Shown here: in pieces, positions 42,435 to 52,371 of the stretch
Position numbering within the stretch: position 1 is the stretch's first letter
Layout of the letters: every line of letters starts with the position of its first letter
Assembly: GCA_963733035.1 (NCBI GenBank)
Contig: CAVTBU010000005.1
Span: 1,504,001-1,568,000, forward strand
Reading direction: 5' to 3'
Length of the DNA: 64,000 nucleotides
Source of the DNA: Pirellulales bacterium
GTDB taxonomy: Bacteria > Planctomycetota > Planctomycetia > Pirellulales > PALSA-1355
The notes under the pieces: generated by a model
What the model was told of the DNA's origin: nothing
Seen by the model: only the letters and a program-made list of their open reading frames with translations
Databases searched by the model: none
Made by a program: the position numbers and the translations under genes

Positions 42435-43805
42435 CTAACCTTGGAGCGGCCTATTAGCATCGATGAGGCACTTGCAGAATCGTACTTTCCCCGATGGCTC
42501 GCGTGGGATCGAGTCGACCACCGACACGATCGTCTCGGTGGATTCCTGCATGAACTCGCCGACCTTTCTTGCGATTTCTTGCTTTGACCTTTCTCCGTGC
42601 CAACTCATCCCGGGAATGACGAGAACTTCGAATTGCCCAACCGCCCTTTGTATGATCTGCATCTCACGAACGGTCGAGTCGTCCTTGACGATTCGATTTG
42701 TGAAAGCCACTCCCGGCACACGTTGGCCCGCGGAATTAATGAACGCGTCCGTGGTGCGTCCCTCAAGCGATGTAAGTCGCGGCAACTCCGATCCACACTG
42801 GCATAGTTCGTACGTCATCGTGCCGACGTCACCAATTTCGTAACGAATCATTGGCATCGCGACATTCCATAAGTCTGTAATCACGATCCGTCCCATGCTG
42901 GAGTCGGGATAGTCGCCTTGTCCGTCGATTTCAACGAAAACGCCGTAGACATTCACGTGCATTCCCGCATGGCATTCGCATTCTGTGGCAATTCGGCCCG
43001 ATTCGCGCGATCCGTACCAATTGTATGGCCTACAGCCAAACGCCTCAGTAATAACCTCGATCTGACTTCGAAGCAGTGGCTCGGCGGTGACAGAAATGTT
43101 CTGAATGTTCAGACGCAACTGGTTCCGAACAAGAAAATCTGCAAATATCGCGAGTGGCGTCGGATACGCCTGCAGGAATTTTGGCTTCCAACGGGCGAGC
43201 GTTTCGTAGTAGCCGCCCAAGATCCCATCATCGAGCGGACTCGAGGCCAGAAACTTTGTGCGTGTAACGTACCGACTCAACCATTTCTCTCTCCAAGATG
43301 CTGCTGAATTAAAGTCTTGCTGTGCGCCCCACAGGCAAGCAATCTTTTGACCTCGCTCGTAACCAATACGTCGATCCCACTCGTGAGTCGCCGCCCATCG
43401 TCGGTCAAGGGCTGGCCAATCCATATAGAACATGACGGGTGAACTGGTTGTTCCACCGGTCGCAGACTTATACCGCTTAGCCGCCGAGTGTCGTTTGCTC
43501 AGCAGGGCGCTCAGCCGCTCTCGGATGTCGGTTTTAGTCAACGTCGGAATTCGCCGAAACTCTTCCAGGCTGAACCTGTCAAAGGAATGAATCCCGAGCT
43601 CGTCAAACCGCTGACGATAGAAGTCGGTGTTTTCATACGCATACCTGCAGATATCGCGCAATCGACGCAGCTGAAATTCGCGTACATGTTTCGAGTTTCC
43701 CGAGAGGACCGATTGCACCTCAGCGCGATAGCGGCCAGCGTTGCTACCGCGCCAGCGATCCCAGGCCGGCAAGTAGACGTTCGTGGCTAGCGTATCAGCC
43801 AACAT
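42435..43805 (-). CDS. phenylacetate-CoA ligase / CapK-like adenylate-forming enzyme
   Basis: AYENTDFYR, PTLTK, ATGGTTSSP, YGSRESG.IA.EC, MPMIRYEIGD, EPSGKVRF; ATG 43805 overlaps the upstream stop region. Confidence 0.9.
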   Translation of the reverse strand: MLADTLATNVYLPAWDRWRGSNAGRYRAEVQSVLSGNSKHVREFQLRRLRDICRYAYENTDFYRQRFDELGIHSFDRFSLEEFRRIPTLTKTDIRERLSALLSKRHSAAKRYKSATGGTTSSPVMFYMDWPALDRRWAATHEWDRRIGYERGQKIACLWGAQQDFNSAASWREKWLSRYVTRTKFLASSPLDDGILGGYYETLARWKPKFLQAYPTPLAIFADFLVRNQLRLNIQNISVTAEPLLRSQIEVITEAFGCRPYNWYGSRESGRIATECECHAGMHVNVYGVFVEIDGQGDYPDSSMGRIVITDLWNVAMPMIRYEIGDVGTMTYELCQCGSELPRLTSLEGRTTDAFINSAGQRVPGVAFTNRIVKDDSTVREMQIIQRAVGQFEVLVIPGMSWHGERSKQEIARKVGEFMQESTETIVSVVDSIPREPSGKVRFCKCLIDANRPLQG

Positions 43806-45189
43806 TAGGGCACGAGTCCTGAAAACTGTCAACCGAATACACGAACCGAAATTTGCCAGTTGGAGTCTTGTCAAACTGCTCGGTGAATTCAATGCTTACA
43901 TTGCGGAATCCAAAACACTCTTCCATCTTCCGCCTCACCATCTCGTCAATCCGTTCGGAGCGGTCGGTTACTCGGACGCGCATGCGTAGCCGTTGTTCAG
44001 ATCGGGAATACACGACCTGAAATTGCTTGACGGTGTCGAAGCCAAAGAACAGGAACTCAAAGAATTCACCGTTGATGATCTTCCCGTCCGGCAGTTCGAT
44101 ATTGTCGTTATCCCGACCTTTCAGCCCGACCAGGCGGTGGGAGTACCGCCCACACTCGCACGCCTGAGTGTCGATGCCGTCCGCCAGATCTCCGACCTGG
44201 TAGCGGATGAAGGGCATGCCGAAGTTATTCAAGTTGGTCACCAGAATTTGCCCATCAACCACTTCCACATACTGGTTCTCCATGACAATATGCAGGCCGC
44301 GGTGGCAGGTACACTCCGTCGCAATCTGGCTCACCTCGCGGCAGCCGTATGAATCGATCACGTCGGCACCAAACACCGAAGAGATCTTTTTCCGCATCGC
44401 GGGCCATAGCATCTCCGCGGACGAAATCACAATCCGTGGCTTTTTGACACGTAGCTGGTTAGCCTCGACAAAGTTCGCTATGAAAAACAGCGAACTGGCG
44501 TAGCCACGCAGAATCTGCGGATGGACTAGGTTAAACGCGCGAAAGTATTTTTTTATCGTGACGCCATCGAGATCAAACGTGTTCAGTTGCAGCATACGGT
44601 AGCGCAGTAGACTTTTAGCGACCGATTTTAGCGAAAACCCCTGCCCGATATCTCGATCGGCCCCCCAGAGAACGGCCTCAATCGCGTGCCGCGAGATGCC
44701 CTTGTGGCGTCTCCATGCCCTGACGCGGGCCGCATCTGCCCAAAGACGGTAGTTGTCGTCCTGAAAAAAGTTCAGAGGCAACCCAGTCGACCCGCCTGTC
44801 GAGTTGGCCGTGATACCGGTGGCTCGCCGATCAGTGGAGATCATTCGACGGGCAGACTGTTGTATCTCAGACTTAGTGAGAATGGGCAATTTGCCGAGGC
44901 ATTCAAAATCCTTGAAATCCCGACGCGGATGCAATCCCAGTTTGTTCAGTCGCTGTCGATAAAACTCGCACGACTCATAAGCATGCCTAAGAAGCGTCTC
45001 TAGCTTGGCCCACTGTACCTCACGCAACTTGTCCGCTGGCCAATACTGCGACGCGAACAGGATGTTGCGAGCCTGCTTCGCAGTGGTCGGGAGGATAGCG
45101 TGTGAGGACGAATACATTCCGATTGTCACACCGTGACTCTTGGGCTGTGCCAGAGTTTTCCGACGGAGAACACCCGTAGTGTTATGCAC
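43795..45189 (-). CDS. phenylacetate-CoA ligase / CapK-like adenylate-forming enzyme (second paralogue)
   Basis: LPILTK, STGGSTGLP, YGCREV..IATEC, MPFIRYQVGD, TPTGKFRF. Confidence 0.9.
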   Translation of the reverse strand: MHNTTGVLRRKTLAQPKSHGVTIGMYSSSHAILPTTAKQARNILFASQYWPADKLREVQWAKLETLLRHAYESCEFYRQRLNKLGLHPRRDFKDFECLGKLPILTKSEIQQSARRMISTDRRATGITANSTGGSTGLPLNFFQDDNYRLWADAARVRAWRRHKGISRHAIEAVLWGADRDIGQGFSLKSVAKSLLRYRMLQLNTFDLDGVTIKKYFRAFNLVHPQILRGYASSLFFIANFVEANQLRVKKPRIVISSAEMLWPAMRKKISSVFGADVIDSYGCREVSQIATECTCHRGLHIVMENQYVEVVDGQILVTNLNNFGMPFIRYQVGDLADGIDTQACECGRYSHRLVGLKGRDNDNIELPDGKIINGEFFEFLFFGFDTVKQFQVVYSRSEQRLRMRVRVTDRSERIDEMVRRKMEECFGFRNVSIEFTEQFDKTPTGKFRFVYSVDSFQDSCPNVG

Positions 45190-45326
45190 TCATACATTTG
45201 CGTAGCACGCACGTGCTGTAATCCACCACGTCTCGGCAGCGGAACGACGCAACAAACGTTCGCGACCTCGCAGAGCGTATCAATCGGGCTGTCAACGATA
45301 AAGAAGCTCAGGCAGCCAGGGCCTGA

Positions 45327-46215
45327 GAACGTGTCTTCAAATTAGTTTTGTCGGGCGAGTCGGCGGGCCATGAGGCTGATCATGGCGATGTGGATTATTG
45401 CTTCGCTCGTTTCGGTGTTCCGTTCGTAGTCGCGGGCATGTCGGCGGTGGCGAGCGATCCAGGAGAAGGTGCGTTCCACAATCCAACGTTTCGGCAATAC
45501 GACGAAGTCTTTGGCCGTCGCCGGCCGGAGGACCGTTTGTAAAAGCCAGCCGAAGGTCGTGCGAACCCAGTCGGGCAGCCCCGGACGGCCGTAGGCGCTG
45601 TCGGCGAACACGACCTTGAGGCGGCGGCATCGTTGGCTTAGCAGCATAAGCACGAAGTGAGTTCCCTCGTGATCTTGCCAGTCCGCCCCATGCACGACGA
45701 CCGCCCACACCAGGCCCAAGGTGTCAACGGCCAGGTGCCGCTTGCGACCAGTAATCTTCTTGCCTGCGTCATAACCCCGCTGTTCGCCGCCTTCGGCAGT
45801 GCGCACCGACTGACTATCGAGGATCGCTGCGGTGGGCTTGCTTCGTTTGCCAACACCCCGTCTCACCCGTTGCCGCAACACATTGTGAATCTGCTCCCAG
45901 AGGCCGGCCATGCGCCATCGCCGGAACACCGTGTAGACGGTCTTCCACTTCGGAAAGTCGAGCGGCAGCTGTCTCCACTGGCGGCCCGTGCGCACCACAT
46001 ACAGCACCGCATCGAGAATCTCTCGCCGGTCGATCGGTGGCCGACCACGCTTGGCCCGCCTCGGCAACAGGGGCCGAATCAACTGCCATTGTCCGTCCGT
46101 CAGGTCGCTGGGATAATGCTCGCTCATCGCTATGGCTCCGTCTTCCTTGACTTGATAATCCAAGGTGCGGAGTCGTAGCGTTTTTCATTGATTCAGGCAA
46201 TTTGAAGACACGTTC
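45327..46215 (-). mobile_element. IS5-family insertion sequence (IS1031-like), 889 bp
   Basis: Perfect 17-bp IR GAACGTGTCTTCAAATT / AATTTGAAGACACGTTC; 3-bp target duplication TGA at 45324-45326 and 46216-46218. Confidence 0.93.
45342..46127 (-). CDS. IS5-family transposase
   Basis: YPSDLTDGQW, GRPP, WRQLPLDFP, ILDSQSV, GYDAGKKITGRKRH, ADSAY, KRWIVERTFSW. Confidence 0.95.
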   Translation of the reverse strand: MSEHYPSDLTDGQWQLIRPLLPRRAKRGRPPIDRREILDAVLYVVRTGRQWRQLPLDFPKWKTVYTVFRRWRMAGLWEQIHNVLRQRVRRGVGKRSKPTAAILDSQSVRTAEGGEQRGYDAGKKITGRKRHLAVDTLGLVWAVVVHGADWQDHEGTHFVLMLLSQRCRRLKVVFADSAYGRPGLPDWVRTTFGWLLQTVLRPATAKDFVVLPKRWIVERTFSWIARHRRHARDYERNTETSEAIIHIAMISLMARRLARQN

Positions 46216-46281
46216 TGAGTCCGACACTTCTCGCGAATGCGCTTGAAGCGACGATTCATCGCACGCTTTTAAACACGTGCG

Positions 46282-47232
46282 TCACGCGCGATCCGGAAGC
46301 CGAAGCGGCAATCGCTCAGAGTTTTGTGGGAGTCTCTCTCGTGGAATAGCAACGATATTTACGAAGTCTTCGCCTCTGGGCTCATCACTCTCCATCATCT
46401 TCCTGAGTTGGATCCCTATCAATGACTTTGTAAGACAATATAGGCCGTACTCATGATAGTCCAACTGAAACAGAATCTCCCTAACCGACGCCTCGAACCG
46501 AGCAAGTGCTTTCGGACACAGTTCGATTAAGATCACCGGACGCAGATGTGCTAGTAGTGAATGTGCTCCGCGCAGCATCATGAGTTCGGCACCCTCTATG
46601 TCGCATTTTAAGAATTCCACATGCCGAATCCCTTTCTCGCGTACGTATTGATCCAAGGTGGTTGTCGGAACTGAGTCTGTAAGGTACCGCCGTTCGACAT
46701 CGATTGACGTCGTACCAGCACCAAATGTCGGCGTAATAGGTACCTCACCGACGAAGTCCGAGATCGCAGTTCTGTTGATGCACACTACGGAGGCGAAGTC
46801 ATTGAGCGCCACATTCGCCTTCAGCTGTGTGATCTCTTGGGCGGAGATCTCAAATGCGTGTACTTCCCCTATGGGGGCCACCTTTCTCGCGGCGAGCATA
46901 GTATAGTATCCCACATTTGCACCCACGTCGAAAAAGACGTCACCTGCTTTTAAGTTACATTCGATAAATCGTGTTTCGGCGTAGTCATAATATCCAGAAT
47001 AATAAAGCAGTACATCGAGATAGCTCGCTAGGTCGAGACGAAACCATACGCCGCGGCGTCTTGCAACAACAACATGCGCACGTCGCAGACCGAATACTCG
47101 GATCAGCGACGAGACTATCTGCCATCGACCGGGAAGTGGCGGTGTAACCTTTCCGTAGAAAAGAGTCAAAGTATGACCTAAGCGGATCAACTGCGGCTTC
47201 CCGATAATTGCACTCAGCCTTTTTAGCGGCAC
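46282..47232 (-). CDS. FkbM family SAM-dependent methyltransferase
   Basis: FFDVGANVGYYT, VHAFE, TTLDQY, LKCDIEGAELMMLRGA. Confidence 0.92.
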   Translation of the reverse strand: MPLKRLSAIIGKPQLIRLGHTLTLFYGKVTPPLPGRWQIVSSLIRVFGLRRAHVVVARRRGVWFRLDLASYLDVLLYYSGYYDYAETRFIECNLKAGDVFFDVGANVGYYTMLAARKVAPIGEVHAFEISAQEITQLKANVALNDFASVVCINRTAISDFVGEVPITPTFGAGTTSIDVERRYLTDSVPTTTLDQYVREKGIRHVEFLKCDIEGAELMMLRGAHSLLAHLRPVILIELCPKALARFEASVREILFQLDYHEYGLYCLTKSLIGIQLRKMMESDEPRGEDFVNIVAIPRERLPQNSERLPLRLPDRA

Positions 47233-47241
47233 TGTTGCAGC

Positions 47242-47383
47242 CTAGTGTAGTGACGCATTAATCCGGGGCCTTTTGAAAAGCTCGAATATGGACGTTGAAC
47301 CGTTCGGCGGGATCGCATTCGTGTGAAAAGCCCAGCAGAAGTCACTTGCTATAAATACCCAACAACTCGATTCACTACACTAG
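47242..47383. mobile_element. MITE-like element 1 (142 bp including CTAG flanks)
   Basis: 12-bp perfect terminal IR CTAGTGTAGTGA / TCACTACACTAG, non-coding interior. Confidence 0.65.
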
Positions 47384-47525
47384 CGGGCTGTGCCGTCGCC
47401 ACCGGAATAGCAAAGATTATGAACCAACCAGCGCATCCAGCGCCGCTATGATCCCAATCACCATGATCACCTTGATTTCACGACGCTTGGCGCAAGTTCT
47501 CCGTAGGCAGTTACCGATTCTAGTT

Positions 47526-47649
47526 CTAGTGTAGTGGCTCAATCAGATGGGGTTTTATGCAGACGCACATCATTGGCCGCTAGCTAGCGAGAATCCCCCG
47601 GAAAACACCGGGAATCCTAAAGCCCGTTATTTCGCAGACACTACACTAG
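47526..47649. mobile_element. MITE-like element 2 (124 bp including CTAG flanks)
   Basis: Terminal IR CTAGTGTAGTG / CACTACACTAG (13 of 14 when extended); the IR supplies the stop codon of the wzy-like gene. Confidence 0.65.
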
Positions 47650-48842
47650 GTCGAAATGCGCCTGGAACAGTTGCCGGCGCGAACAATGCAGGGCGGTCAC
47701 CTGAAATGCGCCGTACCAGATCCATGTATACCGATAGAGATTGTGCCCTGCCATCCCTAAGATCAGCATCAAGAGCGCCGAAGCCAGAACCGACGCCGAG
47801 ACCCAGAAACAAAATCCCCTCTCCCTCCACGGAGTACCCGAGCAACAACGAGAGCTGTCGCGAGCATTCAATACTACGCCCGCGATCACGCCCGCAAATG
47901 CGATCATGCCGATGATGCCAACCTCTGCCAACAACTGGCCATATAGTGAATGCACCTGCATTCCAGTTCCGCTGCTCAAGGGAAAGGAACCAGGACCGAA
48001 CGAACACAAGGGTCGCTGCTTCCAAAGCTCAATTGCAATTTTGAAGAATTCTTCCGCGATTCCGCGGAGGCCTGAGCGTTTGCGGGACCGCGACCGGAAT
48101 CAAAGAGCGTGAGATAGCGGTTTTGTCGATCTTCGGGCAGCGTCACCCATACGAGCGGAGCTAGGCAAGCGACGGCGATTCCAACACGCCAGCGATAGCG
48201 CGACATGGTCACCAGGACAATCATGCCCACTGACAGCCCGACAAAACCAGCTCTTGACCCGGTAAGCATGACGCACGTGATAGTAAGAGCAGTGTAGATG
48301 CCAAGTAAAGTGGCGTCGCGCCAAGTTCGCAAGGTTCGCCAGAACGGGATAGTCATGGGAAGAGCATAGACCACGGTCGCGGCGAATGCATTCGGATCTC
48401 CGTGAGTGTTGTCTATACCGACCATTCGGGCCGTACCCATCCGCCATACATAGCGCCCATTGCCATACTCCCACAGACTGTGCGTCATGTAGAGGGCCAT
48501 GCAGACTAGAAAGCCTGTGACGATGAATTTAAGTTTCTTCTCGTCGCGGATACAGGATACAACCAACACATAGAATACGACGGTCTTCCAATACTCGTCC
48601 ACGGCTAGTGTACCCGCGTCATGATAGGGGCTCAGTATCCACGCGACGAGAAACGACAGAAAGAATGCTGCGAAGGCGAGATTCAAGCGATTGCGAGTCC
48701 ATCCTTTGTTGGCCGATAGAAACCAGCAACCAAGCGTCACCAGCATATATACTCGCTCAACGCGCAACGCACCAAGCCACGGCCAGACCTCAAAGGGCCG
48801 GTGGATATAGAGCCACATGTAGCCGACTAACAGCCAATGCAT
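47641..48842 (-). CDS. O-antigen ligase / Wzy polymerase family protein, 1-nt frameshift at about 48050
   Basis: Multi-TM; GDPNAFA, TGSRAGF, SAESR, then in the next frame FFKIAIELWKQRPL..FGPGSF...HSLYGQLLAEVGIIG. Confidence 0.88.
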
Positions 48843-48890
48843 AGTTGAAATCGTTGACCCCGGAAGATCTACTCGCGGCGAGCCCGCCGC

Positions 48891-50006
48891 TCATGTCCTG
48901 GAATGACCTGTCTCGTCGGCGAACACCAGTGCGAGCCGAAGTAGCCTCCGAATGAACTTGTCGTGCGTGAAGTTCTGGATCACATGTCGACGAGCGGCTT
49001 CTCCAAGGCGGCGCCGTTGGTCGGGGTCATTCCAAAGCTCAAGTATCCGCATACGGAGTGCTTCGGCATCCCCAGAAGCCACGATGTAGCCAGTTTGCCC
49101 GTCGAGAATGTAGTCGCTGGCCGCGATACTGTCGGCCGCAATGATGGGTTTCCCGTGCCACATGGCATTGCAGAAGTTCGCCTCCCCACCTCCCTTTAGC
49201 CCAGTATGTACCATTGGGATGACGACAAAACTCGATGCGGCTTGTAACTGTGCGAAGGCGGGCTCCGGTGCTCCCAGTACGATCACATTTGGTAACCGCT
49301 CTATTTGGTTTCGCACCTCTTGGGCCGTCGCACTGATGACTACCGGGATTCCGGTATCTCTCACCGCGTTAATCAAAGTCTGGTAGTCGCGTTTTCCGTT
49401 GCCACCCGAAAAGATGAAGGCGCCGATCGACAAATCATACACTGGACCTTTGGAGTGATTCGCTTTGAATGGCAAGAAGATGAAACGGTCCTCTGGTATA
49501 CCCAGATAAGCAGCGTGTGTGGCGACTTGCGGCTTTGACCACACCACGCTTAATCTTATGCCTTGTATTGCGATCTGTACGATTCGCTTTTTCCACGGCC
49601 GATTCATTTCCACGAAAATATCCCATAGCAACACTCGTCGCCGCCAATGAAACAGTAGACGGTTTAGAAGCCCTACGCTGAACCAGAGTGAGGAGCCGCC
49701 ATTCACAATCAACACACTATCGCCCCGACAGCGCCAAAGTAGCCTTATTGCGTACGCAACGCTGTAGAGACACGGTACAAAGCGGAGGAAGTGGACACAT
49801 GTACCTGCGGGTATGTAGTCGACATGGAACCCGTCAACTGGAGTGAATTGCTCATGAGATAGAAGCCGTGTATGTGGTTGCGACGCACAGTTACGGTGAT
49901 CGGAGTCCAAAAGCTTCCAATCGTCTTGAATTTCGCGAAGACTCGTTCTTCTGGCATTACCACGTTCGGCTGCTTGGATGGTCACAGCTTCATCGCCGGT
50001 AATCAT
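48891..50006 (-). CDS. glycosyltransferase family 4 (GT-B)
   Basis: FSGGNGKRDYQTL, NAMWHGKPIIA, YILDGQTGYIV. Confidence 0.85.
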   Translation of the reverse strand: MITGDEAVTIQAAERGNARRTSLREIQDDWKLLDSDHRNCASQPHTRLLSHEQFTPVDGFHVDYIPAGTCVHFLRFVPCLYSVAYAIRLLWRCRGDSVLIVNGGSSLWFSVGLLNRLLFHWRRRVLLWDIFVEMNRPWKKRIVQIAIQGIRLSVVWSKPQVATHAAYLGIPEDRFIFLPFKANHSKGPVYDLSIGAFIFSGGNGKRDYQTLINAVRDTGIPVVISATAQEVRNQIERLPNVIVLGAPEPAFAQLQAASSFVVIPMVHTGLKGGGEANFCNAMWHGKPIIAADSIAASDYILDGQTGYIVASGDAEALRMRILELWNDPDQRRRLGEAARRHVIQNFTHDKFIRRLLRLALVFADETGHSRT

Positions 50007-50066
50007 TTCTGTGAAGATCGCATCACTATACAGAGTTAATATGGCAACTTAGCGCGGTGCCATTTG

Positions 50067-51254
50067 TCATGAACGCGGTTTGTCGAACAGTTCCTGATAG
50101 ACGGACGCATATCTGTGCAATTCTGTTGCGCGGCTATAGCGCTGCCGCGACTTCTGCAGTGCCTTTAGAGCGAGTCGACTGGCAATCGTAGGATCAACTA
50201 AGAGGTTCTCGATCGCGTGAGCTAGGGAGTCGGCGTTGTCCGGCGGCACCAAGAGTCCGTTCACGCCGTGTTCGATGACCTCGCGAGTGCCATCGATATC
50301 CGTTGCCACAATTGGCAGTCCCGCCGCCATGTACTCGAGGAGTGCGTTGGAGAACCCCTCGGAATCGGAGGTCAGCACGGCTACGTCGAACGTGTTCAGC
50401 AAGCTGGGAATGTCATCGACGCGACCGGCGAAGTGGACACATTCGTCGAGCCCGAGCTGGCGGGTGATCTCCTCTAGATGTGGTCGCAATTCACCGTCTC
50501 CCGCGATGCAGAACGTCAGGTCGGAATACCGCTCCTTCAGGATTGCCGCGGCGCGCAAGAAGAGGTCAAGGTTCTTGACGGGCCTAAGATTGGCCACGAT
50601 GCCAACCCGCTTGCGGGCTACCGAATTGCTGGGACTGCTGCGATCCCTGGGATGGAAACGATCGAGGTCGATGCCGTTGGGAATCACGTGGACGCTTTCG
50701 GGGCGCGCTCCCTCCTGTTCGATGACTGCCTGGCGGCAGCTTTCGCTGTTAGCGATGGTTCCATCGACCAATCGAGAAACGATTCGTCCCAACCAGCGAT
50801 GGCGGCGGGTAAGCCAGTACCCCGTGTTGCGCCGGGTGCGGATGCATTGCACACCGGCGAGCCTCGCCAACGGGGCTCCAAAGTAGGTGCTGTCTGGAAA
50901 ATGCAGTTGCACCAAGTCGATCTGCGATTTTCGCAGCCAACGAACAAAGCGCCAAGCTTGCCGCGCCGCATGAAAGGTTGCTAGAGATCGGATTTCGAGA
51001 CGCAACACCGGGCAATCTCGGGGCTCGAGCGCACGCGATGACTGGCTGCTGCCGTCAAGCAGGCAAAGGTACGGTTGGACTCGCCTGCGGTCAAGATTTG
51101 AAATCAAAGCCAAAAGTTGCTTCTCAGTACCGCCAATGGCAAGCCCATCGATCAGGTAGCAAGCCCGGATTGGACGTGGGCCAGCGGTCTTGCTAGACGT
51201 ATCATTTGAATCGACGGATGATTCAGCGTGCCGCAGCAAGTGACAATCCTTCAC
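50067..51254 (-). CDS. glycosyltransferase family 4
   Basis: GGTEKQL, VIPNGID, VANLRPVKN, SEGFSNALLEYMAAGLPIVAT. Confidence 0.93.
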   Translation of the reverse strand: MKDCHLLRHAESSVDSNDTSSKTAGPRPIRACYLIDGLAIGGTEKQLLALISNLDRRRVQPYLCLLDGSSQSSRALEPRDCPVLRLEIRSLATFHAARQAWRFVRWLRKSQIDLVQLHFPDSTYFGAPLARLAGVQCIRTRRNTGYWLTRRHRWLGRIVSRLVDGTIANSESCRQAVIEQEGARPESVHVIPNGIDLDRFHPRDRSSPSNSVARKRVGIVANLRPVKNLDLFLRAAAILKERYSDLTFCIAGDGELRPHLEEITRQLGLDECVHFAGRVDDIPSLLNTFDVAVLTSDSEGFSNALLEYMAAGLPIVATDIDGTREVIEHGVNGLLVPPDNADSLAHAIENLLVDPTIASRLALKALQKSRQRYSRATELHRYASVYQELFDKPRS

Positions 51255-52371
51255 GTGAACTCAGTCGAAGCATGTCAGAAAACAGGCGGAGATAGGCGTC
51301 TGCCTGCGCCTTGAAGGAAAACGATTGACGCACGCGTTCTCGACCGGCAACTGCCATTTGATTGCGGAGTGAAGCATTTGCAAGCAATTGGCTCAGGCGA
51401 GACGCCAGGGAGATTGGATCGCCGGCGGGTACCAAGTATCCGTTGATGCCGTCTTCGAGAACTTCCGGAGTCCCTCCCACAGAAGTTGCCACCGTGGGCA
51501 CGCCGGCAGCAAGTGCTTCAAGGACAACATTTGGAAGGCCTTCGGTATGCGATGGTAATGTGAACAGGTCACAACATGGCAGCAATGTATCCAGATCGTG
51601 CCGAAAGCCGCCCAGGATAAAGCACGATTCCAGTCCTAGTGATCGAATCTGTCGCTGCAACGACTCGCGGAGAGGACCATCGCCAAAAAGAACAAATCCC
51701 ACATCGGGCGTGGAACGAAGCACATCAGCGGCTGCATCTACCAGAACGTCGAATCCCTTTTCAGGACTCAGCCGGCCAGCGGCACCTACAATCAAGCGAA
51801 CTGGTGCGGGAAGCAAGGACTCTAATTCACCGCGACCAAGTTTATTGGGAGCATCGAACCGCTCACAACGAATGGCGTTATGGATGACGACCGTTCGGTC
51901 CTGTCGCACACCTGCGCACCGCACTTTGGCCGCTTGTCCGTGCGAAACACAAGCCACCCTGTCCATGCAGCGCAGGATGCGGCGGTCAATTGATTCGTAG
52001 AGTCGGATCTTAGCACTCTCGCCAGTCCATCCTCGCGAGACGGCCACGACGGGGATGCCGACTTGCCGAGCAGCAAACAAGCCAAGGAAGCCCGCCTTAT
52101 ATCCATGGCAAATAAGCATATCGGCAGGCACGGAGCGCAATAGCGAGCGCACCTCTCGACCTGCGGCGAACAGATGAGGTGTGTCATTGGCAATTGCCAC
52201 CGCCTTAAAGTCTTGTGCGCGTGCTCGTTCGAGAAAACCTTGACACAGACCGCCTTCGGAGAAGGAGGCGAAGACGGTATTGCAACGGTCGCGCAGTTCC
52301 GAAGCAAGCTCAAGCATCTGCCTCTCCGGACCCCCGAAGAATCTGGACGACGTTAGATTTACAAGATTCAT
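51223..52371 (-). CDS. glycosyltransferase family 4
   Basis: GGPERQM, AGRLSPEKG, EGLPNVVLEALAAGVP. Confidence 0.93.
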   Translation of the reverse strand: MNLVNLTSSRFFGGPERQMLELASELRDRCNTVFASFSEGGLCQGFLERARAQDFKAVAIANDTPHLFAAGREVRSLLRSVPADMLICHGYKAGFLGLFAARQVGIPVVAVSRGWTGESAKIRLYESIDRRILRCMDRVACVSHGQAAKVRCAGVRQDRTVVIHNAIRCERFDAPNKLGRGELESLLPAPVRLIVGAAGRLSPEKGFDVLVDAAADVLRSTPDVGFVLFGDGPLRESLQRQIRSLGLESCFILGGFRHDLDTLLPCCDLFTLPSHTEGLPNVVLEALAAGVPTVATSVGGTPEVLEDGINGYLVPAGDPISLASRLSQLLANASLRNQMAVAGRERVRQSFSFKAQADAYLRLFSDMLRLSSREGLSLAAAR

